64,000 nt of DNA from an uncultured Chloroflexia bacterium (GCA_963797095.1 CAWCNY010000002.1:832001-896000); one strand, 5' to 3'. Shown: positions 1 through 10,242, counted from the first letter of the stretch. The notes: generated by a model from the sequence alone, not told the origin. Translations and numbers: made by a program.

Positions 1-812
1 AGAGGCTCGGTTACCTCGGCTCCGGGAGCGGTCGCGACGGTTTCTTGAGTGCCCTCGGCATCTCTCTGCAATTGATCCAGTTGCGCCTCGACAGCGTCGC
101 TGCGCTCGAACGATTGGAGGAAGGTGCTGTATTCGGGCGGGAGACCTTGCAAGGTGAGGGTTTGGAGGGCAGTGTCGGCTCCGAGGAAGAGGGCCACGCA
201 TGCCACTATGGTGAAGGCTCCGAACGCCTGCTTGATGAGGTTGGTACGCGGGCCTAGCTTGCGGGCACGTATCGCCAAACCGCGCCCGCCGTAAGCAAGC
301 AAGAGCATGGGGAGGGCGGTGCCGAGAGAGTAGGCCAGGGTGATCAAGATCGCCTGGGGTGTGAGGCCGACGGTGGCGGTGAGGCCGATCACGGAGGCCA
401 TGATGGGGCCAACGCAGGGCGCCCACAGGAGGCCAAGCCCACCGCCGATCAGGAGGCCGCCGTTGAAGCCGCCGCGATTGCGAGTGCCGGGGGCCAGCCG
501 TGTGAGGGGTGAGAGAAGGCGGTCGACGCGGTCGCCTAGGGCGGGTATAAGGAGGGTGAGGCCGAACAAGCCGAGGAGGACGATAGAGGCTATTCGCAGC
601 CAGGTGGCGGGTACGGCGAGCACTTCGGCGGCTGCGGTGACGGCCAACGTCACGACGGTGAAGGTGAGGGCGAGGCCGAGCACTATGCCAACCGGGCGCA
701 TCTTACCGCCACCGGTGGAGGTGGAGAGAAGGATGGGAAGGACGGGGAGGACGCAAGGCGAGATGATAGTCACCACGCCTGCCAGGAAGGCGAAAAGGAG
801 CAAAAGTTCCAT
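1..812 (-). CDS. Cytochrome c biogenesis CcdA/DipZ-family membrane protein (runs off the left edge)
   Basis: Manual translation from ATG at 812 gives MELLLLFAFLAGVVTIISPCVLPVLP...WAPCVGPIMASV. Both CcdA Pro-Cys motifs are present and the frame is open to position 1. Not in the ORF track. Confidence 0.88.
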   Translation of the reverse strand, partial: MELLLLFAFLAGVVTIISPCVLPVLPILLSTSTGGGKMRPVGIVLGLALTFTVVTLAVTAAAEVLAVPATWLRIASIVLLGLFGLTLLIPALGDRVDRLLSPLTRLAPGTRNRGGFNGGLLIGGGLGLLWAPCVGPIMASVIGLTATVGLTPQAILITLAYSLGTALPMLLLAYGGRGLAIRARKLGPRTNLIKQAFGAFTIVACVALFLGADTALQTLTLQGLPPEYSTFLQSFERSDAVEAQLDQLQRDAEGTQETVATAPGAEVTEP

Positions 813-868
813 GCTAATATCTTACCAGCATGGGGTTAACAAAATAAGAGAAGGATGTTACGAAAGTA

Positions 869-1570
869 TTACGGTTTCGCCCCGGCCTGTTTCAGGTTGC
901 GAACCTCGAACCTGTAGACTTGCAGGCCGTGACGCTCCCAGTAGGATTGGTAGCGCGATCTTACCTCAGGCTCGAAGCCTGTCAGGTAGCGTTCGGGATG
1001 TGTCTTCTCGAACCGAGTGTCCTTTTCGATCAAGGAGAGCATATCCTGGAAAAGCTCTTCCTTGTCGGTGACTATGCTCATTTTACCACCAGAGACGAGG
1101 GCGATGTGCATGATATCCAGAAATTCAGGGGTGAAGAGGCGGCGAGTGCGGTACTTGGGGTGGAGGTAGGGGTCGGGGAAATGCATGTAAACTGTATGAA
1201 GGGAGTCGGGAGGCATGAGAGGGTAGAGGCTCTGGATGGGGGCTTTGATGAAAAGGATGTTGTCAAGGGCGAGGGACCTGGCGTGAGCGACCGCCACCCA
1301 GAGCGATTTGAGGTTGATCTCGACCCCGAGGAAGTTGTGGCTGGGGTTGCGCTGGGCGAGCGAGCAGAGGTATTCGCCTGTGCTACACCCTATCTCCAAT
1401 TCGAGAGGGTGGTCGTTGCCGAAGAGTTGGGGGGAGGTTAGGCGGGGGAAGGTGTTAGTGTAGTGCCAGAGGTCGCCGGAGTTCCAGGCGCGCAGGTATC
1501 TAGAGGCGGTGGCATCGTCGGGCGGCGCGATGCGCACGTGGCGGATCAGAAAGGATTTGCGGGGAGGCAT
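869..1570 (-). CDS. trmB: tRNA (guanine-N7)-methyltransferase
   Basis: LEIGCSTG SAM motif, GVEI, HFPDPYLHPKYRTRRL, VTD motifs. Confidence 0.85.
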   Translation of the reverse strand: MPPRKSFLIRHVRIAPPDDATASRYLRAWNSGDLWHYTNTFPRLTSPQLFGNDHPLELEIGCSTGEYLCSLAQRNPSHNFLGVEINLKSLWVAVAHARSLALDNILFIKAPIQSLYPLMPPDSLHTVYMHFPDPYLHPKYRTRRLFTPEFLDIMHIALVSGGKMSIVTDKEELFQDMLSLIEKDTRFEKTHPERYLTGFEPEVRSRYQSYWERHGLQVYRFEVRNLKQAGAKP

Positions 1571-1639
1571 GGGGGATTTTGGATCTTAGATTGCGGATTT
1601 TGGATTTGTTCGTTGGCAACCCGCAGCGTAAATCCGGGG

Positions 1640-2329
1640 TCAGTTTTCGTATTCTTCTAGCCAGAGGCGCTTGTCCTGGGCTTTGAGGAGTTGGAGGAAG
1701 TTGATCGTGTAGTGGGCAACCAGGGGTAGGAGGAGGCCGCCGGACCAGACAAATAGGAGGCCGAGCCAGAGGCCGAGCAACCCGGTGATGAGGATGCCGA
1801 GGTTGCCCTGGGGTGAGTGCATGAGGCCGAACACAGCCGAGAATAGGATCAGCAAGAGGGGCACGGGAGCGGCCTGGCCGAGCGCACCGATCAGTAGCGA
1901 CCTGAAAAGTAGCTCTTCGAGGATGACGGCGAGGAAAAGGGCGGCGGGGACCAGCAGCCATTCGATGCGGTTGCGCGGCATGATGTTCTTCATCACGACG
2001 GGCGAGTAGATCTGTTTGCCCCACTTATCGATAGCAAAGACGGTCACCTGGTTGGCTATAAGCTGCGTCAGGAGGCCGATTATTATGCCCAGCCCGATGT
2101 CTTGCCAGCCGTTGTCGAAGGTCCAGCCGAGGCTTTTGAGCGGCACACCGCTAAGGAGGCCAAGTCCTATACAGGCCAGGACAAGCACACCCTTGACGAC
2201 GTTTTCGACCGGGGCAAGGAGCAGGTTTTCGGTGATCGGGATCGAACGCAGGAGCCTGCCGCTTTGATAGGTGGCCCAGGCAAGCCCAACTGTGAGAGCT
2301 AGTGACCCGAACACGAACAGCGGGAACAT
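1640..2329 (-). CDS. CPBP (CAAX/Abi) family intramembrane metalloprotease
   Basis: EELLFR, FGLMH and H-x3-N (HYTIN) motifs in a multi-TM protein. Confidence 0.88.
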   Translation of the reverse strand: MFPLFVFGSLALTVGLAWATYQSGRLLRSIPITENLLLAPVENVVKGVLVLACIGLGLLSGVPLKSLGWTFDNGWQDIGLGIIIGLLTQLIANQVTVFAIDKWGKQIYSPVVMKNIMPRNRIEWLLVPAALFLAVILEELLFRSLLIGALGQAAPVPLLLILFSAVFGLMHSPQGNLGILITGLLGLWLGLLFVWSGGLLLPLVAHYTINFLQLLKAQDKRLWLEEYEN

Positions 2330-2510
2330 ACGTATGTAATACTAGGTAGTATGACCGTTGTCAAGCAACCGCACGCGGGGAGGGCAATCGAGGAGGTCAG
2401 TGGAGAGATCAACCTGCTTATCAGTGCATGATTGGGGAATAACATACAGGCAGGCACATCGTCGGGCCTGCCTGTATGTTGGCTCTTATCTAGAGCGCAT
2501 CAAAGTCGGG

Positions 2511-2858
2511 TTAGCTGGCGTTTGGTTCGACCAGGAAAACCTCATAGGCCGATGCCAGGGCTACCAGCACACCAACAGCGATGCTCATCCACAAAGCCTC
2601 GGTCAAGGCGGTGAAGCCGAAAATGAAGGGCGCAGCAATTGCTGCCAATCCTGCCAGGCCGACCAGCCAGTACTCCCAATATTGATCTTCATCCTGGCTT
2701 ATGACCTTCCAGGCAGAGAGCACCAGTATGACCGCCCCGATGATTATGCTGGCCCACAGAGCACCGTCGTTATTGGTATAGTTGAATACCCAGGGCGCTA
2801 CTCCCAGTGCCAGTCCCAAAAGACCGGTGATCCAATACATCTTATTCATCTTAATCAT
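2511..2858 (-). CDS. SPW-repeat membrane protein
   Basis: Four TM helices in two repeats (APWVFNY / APFIFGF); GGAGGAG RBS. Confidence 0.75.
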   Translation of the reverse strand: MIKMNKMYWITGLLGLALGVAPWVFNYTNNDGALWASIIIGAVILVLSAWKVISQDEDQYWEYWLVGLAGLAAIAAPFIFGFTALTEALWMSIAVGVLVALASAYEVFLVEPNAS

Positions 2859-3029
2859 CTCCTCCCAATATTACTGAACAATGCGCTGTTGACTTAGCAC
2901 CGCTCATAGCTCATACATAGCGCGATATGATCCAGGCAAGCTCCAGCCGCGATCATTAACAGGAAGGAATTACTGTTCGGCGACCGGGGAAGCGCAACCT
3001 GTTGATGGGTCTTGAAAGCTGTCCGAAAC

Positions 3030-3128
3030 CTATGCGGCTGGGTGATGCTCTCCGCGCAGATTTCTGACAAAGAACACAGCCACCACTGTCACAAGTGCGA
3101 ACGCCATAACTCCCAGCACGATCTTCAT
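3030..3128 (-). CDS. Small single-TM protein (32 aa)
   Basis: AAGGAG RBS just before ATG at 3128; MKIVLGVMAFALVTVVAVFFVRNLRGEHHPAA. Confidence 0.55.
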   Translation of the reverse strand: MKIVLGVMAFALVTVVAVFFVRNLRGEHHPAA

Positions 3129-3313
3129 TTCATGCTCCTTTCCTGATGGCATGCCCGCGCAGGGTTTCGAAGGAATACAGGCAGAGCAAGCTATCAGAAA
3201 TCTACTAACCGCACCACATAATGAGATGACGCCAATCTTATCGTAGCGCATTTAGGTGAAGTAACAGGTAAATGCAGGTTGCAGGTTAGTAAAAGCGAGG
3301 GCGAGGCCGCGCT

Positions 3314-3802
3314 TTAGCCTGCAAAGTGGAGGGCTTCCTCCATGGAGAAGGTCGCTACGATCGGTTTGACAAGCCATTCATAATCGGCGAAGCGTACGCT
3401 CATGGTATCGGTATGGGTGCCTACCTGGAAGTAGATCGTCTTTTGCCGGGCCAGGTCTTTGTCGACATATACCGGCACATTGTAGATGTTGCCGAAGGGG
3501 GGCATCGCACCCACTTCGCAATCGGGGAAGAGGGCAGCAAACTCGACTTCCTCGGCCAGCCTTATGTCTCTTGAGCTAAGTATGCGGCCAATCTCCGGCA
3601 AGTGCACTCGCCCCGGAGCGGGTAGAACCAGCATCACCATCTTTCCATTGGCAACCAACATTACCACCTTGGCAACCAGGCGGCCAGGCAGGTGCTCGCT
3701 GGCAGCCACGTCCTGGGCAGTAAATGCGCTGGGGTGGTGTTGCACCTCGTAAGGCACCAGATTATCGCGCAGATACGTCTCTAATCTATCTTTGCACTTC
3801 AT
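3314..3802 (-). CDS. YbaK/ProX aminoacyl-tRNA deacylase-family protein
   Basis: VAKVV, CEVGAMPPFG motifs; AGGAGG RBS supports a start at 3802 (or 3808). Confidence 0.88.
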   Translation of the reverse strand: MKCKDRLETYLRDNLVPYEVQHHPSAFTAQDVAASEHLPGRLVAKVVMLVANGKMVMLVLPAPGRVHLPEIGRILSSRDIRLAEEVEFAALFPDCEVGAMPPFGNIYNVPVYVDKDLARQKTIYFQVGTHTDTMSVRFADYEWLVKPIVATFSMEEALHFAG

Positions 3803-4036
3803 TGTCATGCCTCCTTCTGAAAGCGGTAGAGTCATTCCACCGTGTACACTATAGCGCCCGAAGGTGGAACCGAAGGTAACGGCGGGTTACAGGCCGGTGA
3901 AAATTGCGGTGGAGATCGGCGGGTGCGAATCTCACTGATTTTTTTCCTATGTTTACCTGCGCTGTTACCTCGGTCTGCTACACTCACAGTGGAGGGATCC
4001 ACTTTCGCTCCTGCACCCATAAAAAGGAGGCACAAT

Positions 4037-6508
4037 ATGCGATCATCCTTACTAATCGGGCGGTTCGGGCCGCTGTCGGTGAGTTTGAACTATACATGGC
4101 TGTTTATCTCAGTGCTTGGCCTGTGGGGACTGGCGCTCGTGTGGCTCCCCGACAACTTCCCACAATGGTCGTCGGGCCTCTACTGGTTGGTGGCAATAGC
4201 TGTAATGGGCCTGTTCCTGCTCAGCTTGATCTTGCGCGAACTGGTGCGCGCCGCCATCGCGGGGTTCGACAGGCGCGGCATAACACTGTACCCATTTGGC
4301 GCTGCCACTCCCTACCGGCTGGATGAGATCGGAACGGGGCGGGCGTTGGTGTCGATGGTCGTGGCTCCCCTGTTCAATCTGGTGGCGGGCATAACGCTGT
4401 TGGTGTTGGCAGGAACCCTGGAAGGCGCAAGCGGTCTGGGCGAGCTTACATGGGCTATGTTGGTTCCGCTTGCGTGGCTCAACCTGTGGGTGGGGGTTAT
4501 CAATCTAATCCCCGGCATACCTTTCGATGGAGGCCGGGTGCTGACCAATACATTGTTCTGGTTTTCGGGGCAACGCGAACAGGGATTGGGCTTTACAAGG
4601 ACCGTGGGCGAGATCACATCGCTGGGACTGGTACTGCTTGGGGCCTGGATCGGACTCACTTCGCAGAACTGGATAGTGGCGCTTGCCCTCGTCGTGCTTG
4701 GCTGGGGCGCAAGAGAGGCCGAGGAGAAGGGGAAGCAACTGAGCATTTTGCGCACCGGGCTATCTGAGATAAAGGCGGGGGACATAATGGAGGAGGCCGC
4801 ACCTCAAGACCGAATCCCCGCCAACGCATCGGTAGCGCAGATGATGTATTCCCACCAATATTATGCTACCGACAAACCACTGCCGGTGATGAAGCGCGGT
4901 GATGAGGGTGGAGGAAGCGAAAAGATGGTGGGTGTGGTGACTCTGGCACAGGCCGAGGACTTATTGCAAGGGGATTGGCCTACTACGCCTGTGACATCTT
5001 TGATGTCTTCGCCCACGGAAGTAACATCACTCGCACCGGGTACACCTCTCGCCGAGGTGATTGAGCTCATAGAGAAACGAGGTACGAACGCGGACGAACA
5101 GGCCGCGGTGCCCGTTATCGCAGGTGGGGAGTTGCTGGGCAGCATTGACCCTGCCAGGTTGGCGGCATTTGAACAGGCGGAATTCGAGCTGGGAGCAGTC
5201 GAAGCGCCTCTCCCGGACGGAGACGGCGCTGGGTTCTTTGCCAGGATCAAGGGTGTACTGCCTGCTTTGACTGTACTGATCGCGCTTGCGATCCTGGGCA
5301 ATGTCGCGATCAGCTCTGATCCCTACAGCTTGCGCAATATAAGTAGGGCCGAGGCGGCGGCACCGATTGCGTTCGCGGATATGCTTCCGTCACCTGGGGC
5401 GCTCGTATCCGGTGACGTGATCAGCATTAACGCCATTGCGATCAGCGCGCAAACGATCACCACGGCTAGCCTCACGCTGGATGGGACCCCGCTGCCTGTG
5501 AGCCTGGCCGGGGCAAACCCGTACCAACAGGTCATAAGCGCACAGGCCCTTAGCCCCGGCGACGGGATTCATACGCTTGTGCTGGTGGTAGCCGATCGAA
5601 TTGGCAGGCTAGGGCGCACCGAATGGCAGTTCTGGGAGGGGGCGATTGGTACACCTACGCCAACGACCGCAGCAAGTGTCTCTACGCTCGAAATAGGAGG
5701 GCGCCAACCCGCGCCGGGTGGGCTTGTATTAGCCCAGAGTCCGGCGGAGAGCAGAATAGGGTTCGTTATCTCATGGGAAGAGCCAATAAGCGGGGTGCAA
5801 TTGCTCATTGATGGGATCGAAACACCTGCCGCCCTCGAGCCGGTTGCCGGCACAGGCAATCAATACAGAGTGACTGCCTCAACTGCCAACCTTACGGTGG
5901 GAAGCCACACAATCCGCGCCAATATCGCAGGGAATGGAGGCATCGTGTATGCCACCGATTGGACGTTTCAGGCTATCGTGCCCGACGACCAGAATGCCTA
6001 CTTTGAGCAAACCGGCTTGTTTGTCTCCGGCGCTTTCTATGATTTCTGGACAGCGAATGGCGGACTGGATATCTTCGGCTACCCAATCTCCGACCGAGTG
6101 AGCGAAACCGATCCGGACACAGGCGAGGTATACACAGCGCAGTATTTCGAGCGTGCTCGCTTCGAGTTGCACCCATCGCTCGGTAATACCGTGCTGCTCG
6201 GCAGGTTGGGCCTAAAAGTTCATATGCCGGACCCACCGGCCACCGCCAACCCTGACGCGAACTACTTCACAGAGACGGGGCATAACCTCTCCGGCCAATT
6301 CCTTGAGTTCTGGCAGACGCGAGGCGGTCTGGCAATCTTTGGCTACCCCATCAGCGAGGAGCTCACCGAAACCAGCCCTCAGGACGGCAACGAGTACGTT
6401 GTGCAGTATTTCGAGCGCGCCAAGTTCGAGCTTCACCCGGAGTTGGCAGGCACCCCTTATGAGGTGCAGATCGCGCAGCTTGGCACACTTGTTTACCAGA
6501 GCAGGTAG
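4037..6508 (+). CDS. Degenerate site-2 protease (M50) + CBS pair + TM + extracellular beta-sandwich domains + two Chloroflexota-type surface repeats
   Basis: AGGAGG RBS before ATG at 4037; NLIPGIPFDGGR motif intact but HExxH reads RELVR; CBS-like segments; two YFxxTG...GGLxIFGYPIS...QYFERAxFELHP repeats. Confidence 0.8.
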   Translation: MRSSLLIGRFGPLSVSLNYTWLFISVLGLWGLALVWLPDNFPQWSSGLYWLVAIAVMGLFLLSLILRELVRAAIAGFDRRGITLYPFGAATPYRLDEIGTGRALVSMVVAPLFNLVAGITLLVLAGTLEGASGLGELTWAMLVPLAWLNLWVGVINLIPGIPFDGGRVLTNTLFWFSGQREQGLGFTRTVGEITSLGLVLLGAWIGLTSQNWIVALALVVLGWGAREAEEKGKQLSILRTGLSEIKAGDIMEEAAPQDRIPANASVAQMMYSHQYYATDKPLPVMKRGDEGGGSEKMVGVVTLAQAEDLLQGDWPTTPVTSLMSSPTEVTSLAPGTPLAEVIELIEKRGTNADEQAAVPVIAGGELLGSIDPARLAAFEQAEFELGAVEAPLPDGDGAGFFARIKGVLPALTVLIALAILGNVAISSDPYSLRNISRAEAAAPIAFADMLPSPGALVSGDVISINAIAISAQTITTASLTLDGTPLPVSLAGANPYQQVISAQALSPGDGIHTLVLVVADRIGRLGRTEWQFWEGAIGTPTPTTAASVSTLEIGGRQPAPGGLVLAQSPAESRIGFVISWEEPISGVQLLIDGIETPAALEPVAGTGNQYRVTASTANLTVGSHTIRANIAGNGGIVYATDWTFQAIVPDDQNAYFEQTGLFVSGAFYDFWTANGGLDIFGYPISDRVSETDPDTGEVYTAQYFERARFELHPSLGNTVLLGRLGLKVHMPDPPATANPDANYFTETGHNLSGQFLEFWQTRGGLAIFGYPISEELTETSPQDGNEYVVQYFERAKFELHPELAGTPYEVQIAQLGTLVYQSR

Positions 6509-6577
6509 CTTAGAATGCATCCCACGATCCGGTTAGGATGCCCAACATGAGATATCCTGAAATCTAGGTGATTGCAG

Positions 6578-8380
6578 CTAAAGCGCCAGCTTCTCCAACC
6601 TATCCACGAACCCCTCAAACACCTCAAAAGCCTTCTCCACAGGCTCAGGCGAAGTCATATCCACCCCTGCCAGCTTCAACGCATCCAGCGGGAACACCGA
6701 CCCACCTGCCTTCAGGAAGTTCTTGTAATCCTCCGCCGCTTGCGGCCCCTGCGTCAGCACGCGCTGGGCAAGCGCATTAGCAGCCGAGATCCCTGTGGCG
6801 TACTGGTACACGTAGTAGTTTAGGTACATGTGGATCGAGAACTGCGCCCAGGTGATACCTACGCGCTCCTCATCCACTTCCACCTCCGGGCCATACCCCT
6901 CGCGGAACATGTCCGCCAGCAGCTTGATCATCCCGTCCGCCGTCAGCGGCTTTCCCTGCTCGATGCGCGTGTGTATCTCAAGCTCGAATCGCGCCAGGAT
7001 CGGCATAATAAAGAAGTAGCGATGGAAGTTATACATCGCCTCCTCTATTACCACGATCTGGAACTGCGGGTCGGGATTGCTCTTCAGCAGGTAATCGCGC
7101 ACCATCGCCTGGTTGAAGTTTGACGCCACCTCGGCCACGAACAGCCCATACCACGAATAGATAGGAGGCTGGTTCTTCCGCGTGAGATAGGAGTGCATCG
7201 AGTGCCCCAACTCGTGGGCCAGCGTGCTAACCGAAGTAAGCTTGTCGCTGTAGCTCATAAATATGAACGGGTTCGTCCCGAAAGCGCCGCTTGAATATGC
7301 GCCTGTGCGCTTCCCCTGGTTCGGGTAGATATCCACCCACCTGTCCTTCACAAGACCCTGCCGCATCGGAGCGGTGTACTCCTCCCCAAGGGGCGACATC
7401 CCCTTGCAGATGATCTCAACCGCTTCACTGTATGGCATATAAGGATCGCCCTTTGTCAGCGGCGCGAACACATCATAAGCATGCAGCATATCCAACCCCA
7501 GGATGCGGCGGCGCACGCTCCAGTAGCGGTTCCAGATAGGCAGCTTCCGCTTAGCCGTCTCCAGCATATTGTCATACACAGCCCTGGGAATATTGGCCCT
7601 GTGCAGAGCCGCCTCCACCGCCGTCTGGTAGTTATGAGCGCGAGCGTTGAACACGTCCTTCTTAACCCCACCGGTAATCAGGCTCGCGAATGTGTTCTTA
7701 TACCTGAGATACCCATCTGCGTACTGCTCCCATGCAGCTTTACGCACCTTGATATCCGCGTCGTGCAGCAGCGTCTCCATAGTGCCAGCCGCTACCTGCA
7801 CCTCGCCCTCGCTCGTCTGCACCTTGCCGTAATCGATCTCGGCGTCGGCCAGAATAGCATGTGTAGCCCGGAACAGGTCGAGCGGGTCGCCCGCCATCGC
7901 CAGCAAAGCCTCGATCTCAGGCGACCGCACGTGCCCTTCCCGCTTTCGCAGCACCTCGAAATAGTGCTCGTACTCCTTTAGCTCCGGTTTCTCCTGCATG
8001 AACTCCTGGATCTTCTCCTGCGGAATGTCGAGCAATTCCGGCTCCGCAAAAGCCGTGGCGGCCCCAAAGCGCGCCATCATCCCGCGCGCCTGGTCCCGCA
8101 TAGCAAGCCAATCCTGGTTGGCCGTGTCGGTGTCGCTCTGCATCGTGGAATAGACGAACACCTGGCTAGCCCTGATGAACTTCTCCTGGTAGTCGGCGAA
8201 CCACTCCATAAGCGTCTCAGCCGATTCGCCCAGCCGCCCCTTATACGCTGTAAGCGTAGGCAAACTCTCCAACACCTCGTCAAGCGCAGCGCGCCAATCA
8301 TCAGCACTAGCAAATATACTGGCAAGATTCCAGGTGTGCTCCTGTGGAACCTCGCTGCGTTTAGGCAATGCAATCGCCAT
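6578..8380 (-). CDS. pepF: Oligoendopeptidase F (M3B)
   Basis: GKRTGAYS, TLAHELGHSMH, FVAEVAS, YYVYQYATG motifs. Confidence 0.95.
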   Translation of the reverse strand: MAIALPKRSEVPQEHTWNLASIFASADDWRAALDEVLESLPTLTAYKGRLGESAETLMEWFADYQEKFIRASQVFVYSTMQSDTDTANQDWLAMRDQARGMMARFGAATAFAEPELLDIPQEKIQEFMQEKPELKEYEHYFEVLRKREGHVRSPEIEALLAMAGDPLDLFRATHAILADAEIDYGKVQTSEGEVQVAAGTMETLLHDADIKVRKAAWEQYADGYLRYKNTFASLITGGVKKDVFNARAHNYQTAVEAALHRANIPRAVYDNMLETAKRKLPIWNRYWSVRRRILGLDMLHAYDVFAPLTKGDPYMPYSEAVEIICKGMSPLGEEYTAPMRQGLVKDRWVDIYPNQGKRTGAYSSGAFGTNPFIFMSYSDKLTSVSTLAHELGHSMHSYLTRKNQPPIYSWYGLFVAEVASNFNQAMVRDYLLKSNPDPQFQIVVIEEAMYNFHRYFFIMPILARFELEIHTRIEQGKPLTADGMIKLLADMFREGYGPEVEVDEERVGITWAQFSIHMYLNYYVYQYATGISAANALAQRVLTQGPQAAEDYKNFLKAGGSVFPLDALKLAGVDMTSPEPVEKAFEVFEGFVDRLEKLAL

Positions 8381-8461
8381 ATATTTAGCCTCCCATCATT
8401 AGGAATGTTGAGATATTTATCTTACATACTCCCAAAAATGTCAATCAGTTCCAAGAATCAC

Positions 8462-8498
8462 AAAAGGGTGCCCCACAAAACCACTCGAGCACCCTTTT
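8462..8498. terminator. Likely intrinsic terminator downstream of tRNA-Ser
   Basis: AAAAGGGTGC...GCACCCTTTT inverted repeat with T tails on both strands. Confidence 0.55.
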
Positions 8499-8503
8499 CC
8501 CTG

Positions 8504-8587
8504 CGGAGAGAGTGGGATTCGAACCCACGGACCTCATCGGTCATCCGTTTTCAAGACGGACGCATTCGTCCACTCTGCCATCTCTCC
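8504..8587 (-). tRNA. tRNA-Ser (TGA), CCA not encoded
   Basis: GGAGAGA acceptor stem, anticodon arm TCCGT-CTTGAAA-ACGGA, long variable arm, GGTTCGAATCC T-loop. Confidence 0.95.
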
Positions 8588-8593
8588 ACACCA

Positions 8594-8622
8594 ATTCTAT
8601 CAAAAGCCGCCTACCCAGTCAA
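8594..8622 (-). promoter_or_regulatory. Sigma70-type promoter for tRNA-Ser
   Basis: TTGACT-N17-TAGAAT just upstream of the tRNA 5' end. Confidence 0.7.
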
Positions 8623-8641
8623 CACATAAGGGAGGATGCAA

Positions 8642-10115
8642 CAGGGCTGATGCAAAGTCATCTAGGCAGCCCCAGCAATAGATTGAGTGGGTACCAGACG
8701 CAAGTAGTGTGGCCGGTGGCGGCTGTGGGTGTGCGGGTGGCCATGGCGGTATTGATAAGACCATAGAGCGCGATCAAGGCGATAGTGGAAGGCACGCTGT
8801 GCAGCAGGTAGATTGGCAGCGCTGTCTGTTGCACAGCGTGCGTGGTGAACAACCAGCCCCACCACAACGCTATTGAGTGTAGCCATCACACGTGGGGCAC
8901 CACCCAATCTCACCTGAGAATGGTCTTCATCCAGGCTCACGTCCCTTCGGTGATGTAGACCATTCTCTATTCCCCAATGCTCTCTCACTACCTGTAGGAG
9001 CCTGTGTGGAGAGGCTGTCGTGCATGGCAGGCTGGTTACTCCATAATGCACTGTCTCACGTATCTGTCCCAGCCTGTCCTCCACTCGGCACTTGAGCTTG
9101 AACACTTGCTCCAGATAAGGCCAATCCGAGTAGCCTTTGAGCAGACTGCTCACCCATATCTGCCTCTCCTCCACTCGTCCATGTCCTTTGTTGGTGCTGC
9201 TTGCCCACTGCAGGTCGGCTGGCACAGGAAAGAGAGAGGCTTCAGTCTTGCTTGCGGGTGGCGGGTCGAACAGCAGACGGATATCTTCGAGCAACTGGGG
9301 CTGGTTATCCTTTACCTTCCACAGGTAGTCTCCCCCACCTTCTACCACCTCAACAGACAGGTTGCGCTGGGCAAACATTGGCTCTGCCAACATGGCGTCT
9401 CCTGTGATCACAGCACCATGCAGGTCGAGTTGAGCCAGTCCAGCAAAGTAGGAGCTACGGTTAGCTCGTTAGCCTTCTCTTGTACCTCTACCTGGGCCAG
9501 CACCACCCCTGCTTGTGGTAGGTAAGCGCACACCAGATGCACACCTTGCGTCTGCCCAAGTGGGATGGTATCTCGCAAGGTCTTGCCGTCTATGGCTATT
9601 ACAAGACCACCTCTGCGTCGGCGCTTCTTCTGTATACGTGCAGAGCACAAGCACAACTCCTTGAAGAACCCATTTACTGCCTTGTCCAACTCGCAAGGGT
9701 CGACAGCCGTGGCGAAGATGCGGCTCCATGTGGTGGGGTGTGGCAGGGTGCATCTTCCAAAGCCAAGCAGATCGCACAGTTGGCCGGAGCGCAGCCGCGC
9801 CCACTCTGCCACTGCTCTAAGCTTGCTGTGACCAGCCAGCTTGGCGAGCACTGCCACTGTGAGCACCACAGGCAGTGGGTAACGCACGCCTCTGGGACGG
9901 CGCAGGTCCTTTATGGTCTGGAACCGTTCAGCTAGAGCCTGCAAGCTGAAGGCAAACGGCTCATCGGGTAGTTGCACGTTCAAGGGCAGCATGGTACATT
10001 TCATGGCACATAGCACCTCTCTTAGGTTTGATGGTTGTTCGGTAACTCGCATCCTATCCTATGAAGGTGCTATTTGCTGCTCTTTCCTCACTATTCTGAC
10101 TTTGCATCAGCCCTG
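8642..10115 (-). mobile_element. ISAs1-family insertion sequence
   Basis: Perfect 19-bp TIR CAGGGCTGATGCAAAGTCA (8642-8660 / 10097-10115); 10-bp target duplication GAGGATGCAA (8632-8641 / 10116-10125). Confidence 0.93.
8662..10052 (-). pseudogene. ISAs1 transposase, frameshifted near 9430
   Basis: N-half (DLRRPRGVRYPL, IAIDGKTLR) and C-half (ITGDAM, VKDNQP, HGRVEER, HWGIENGLH) lie in different frames; the junction TGG CTC [AACTC] GAC CTG suggests a 5-nt insertion. Confidence 0.85.
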
Positions 10116-10155
10116 GAGGATGCAAAGTCGGTACTCGACACACCAAGATCGGATG

Positions 10156-10242
10156 TGTCATTCTGAACGACGTGAAGAATCTAAAATGCCAGGCACAGTA
10201 CCAGTCCAAGATCCCAGATTCTTCACGTCGTTCAGAATGACA
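10156..10242. repeat. REP-like hairpin with perfect 27-bp arms
   Basis: TGTCATTCTGAACGACGTGAAGAATCT (10156-10182) and its exact reverse complement (10216-10242). Confidence 0.9.

Noticed and set aside
340-1071. Long plus-strand ORF and similar antisense ORFs (for example 17271-18308, 19679-21052, 43908-44915)
   Set aside because: They are shadows of well-supported opposite-strand genes in GC-rich DNA and show no motifs.
2950-3010. CATTAACAGG...CCTGTTGATG stem upstream of the SPW gene
   Set aside because: A single stem with no recognisable RNA family features.
8504-8587. tRNA with TGA in the anticodon loop as a possible tRNA-Sec or suppressor
   Set aside because: Anticodon TGA reads UCA (Ser); tRNA-Sec needs TCA and an 8-bp acceptor stem.
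9405-9440. Programmed frameshift in the ISAs1 transposase
   Set aside because: No slippery heptamer is visible; it looks like a 5-nt micro-duplication, and ISAs1 transposases are normally single ORFs.
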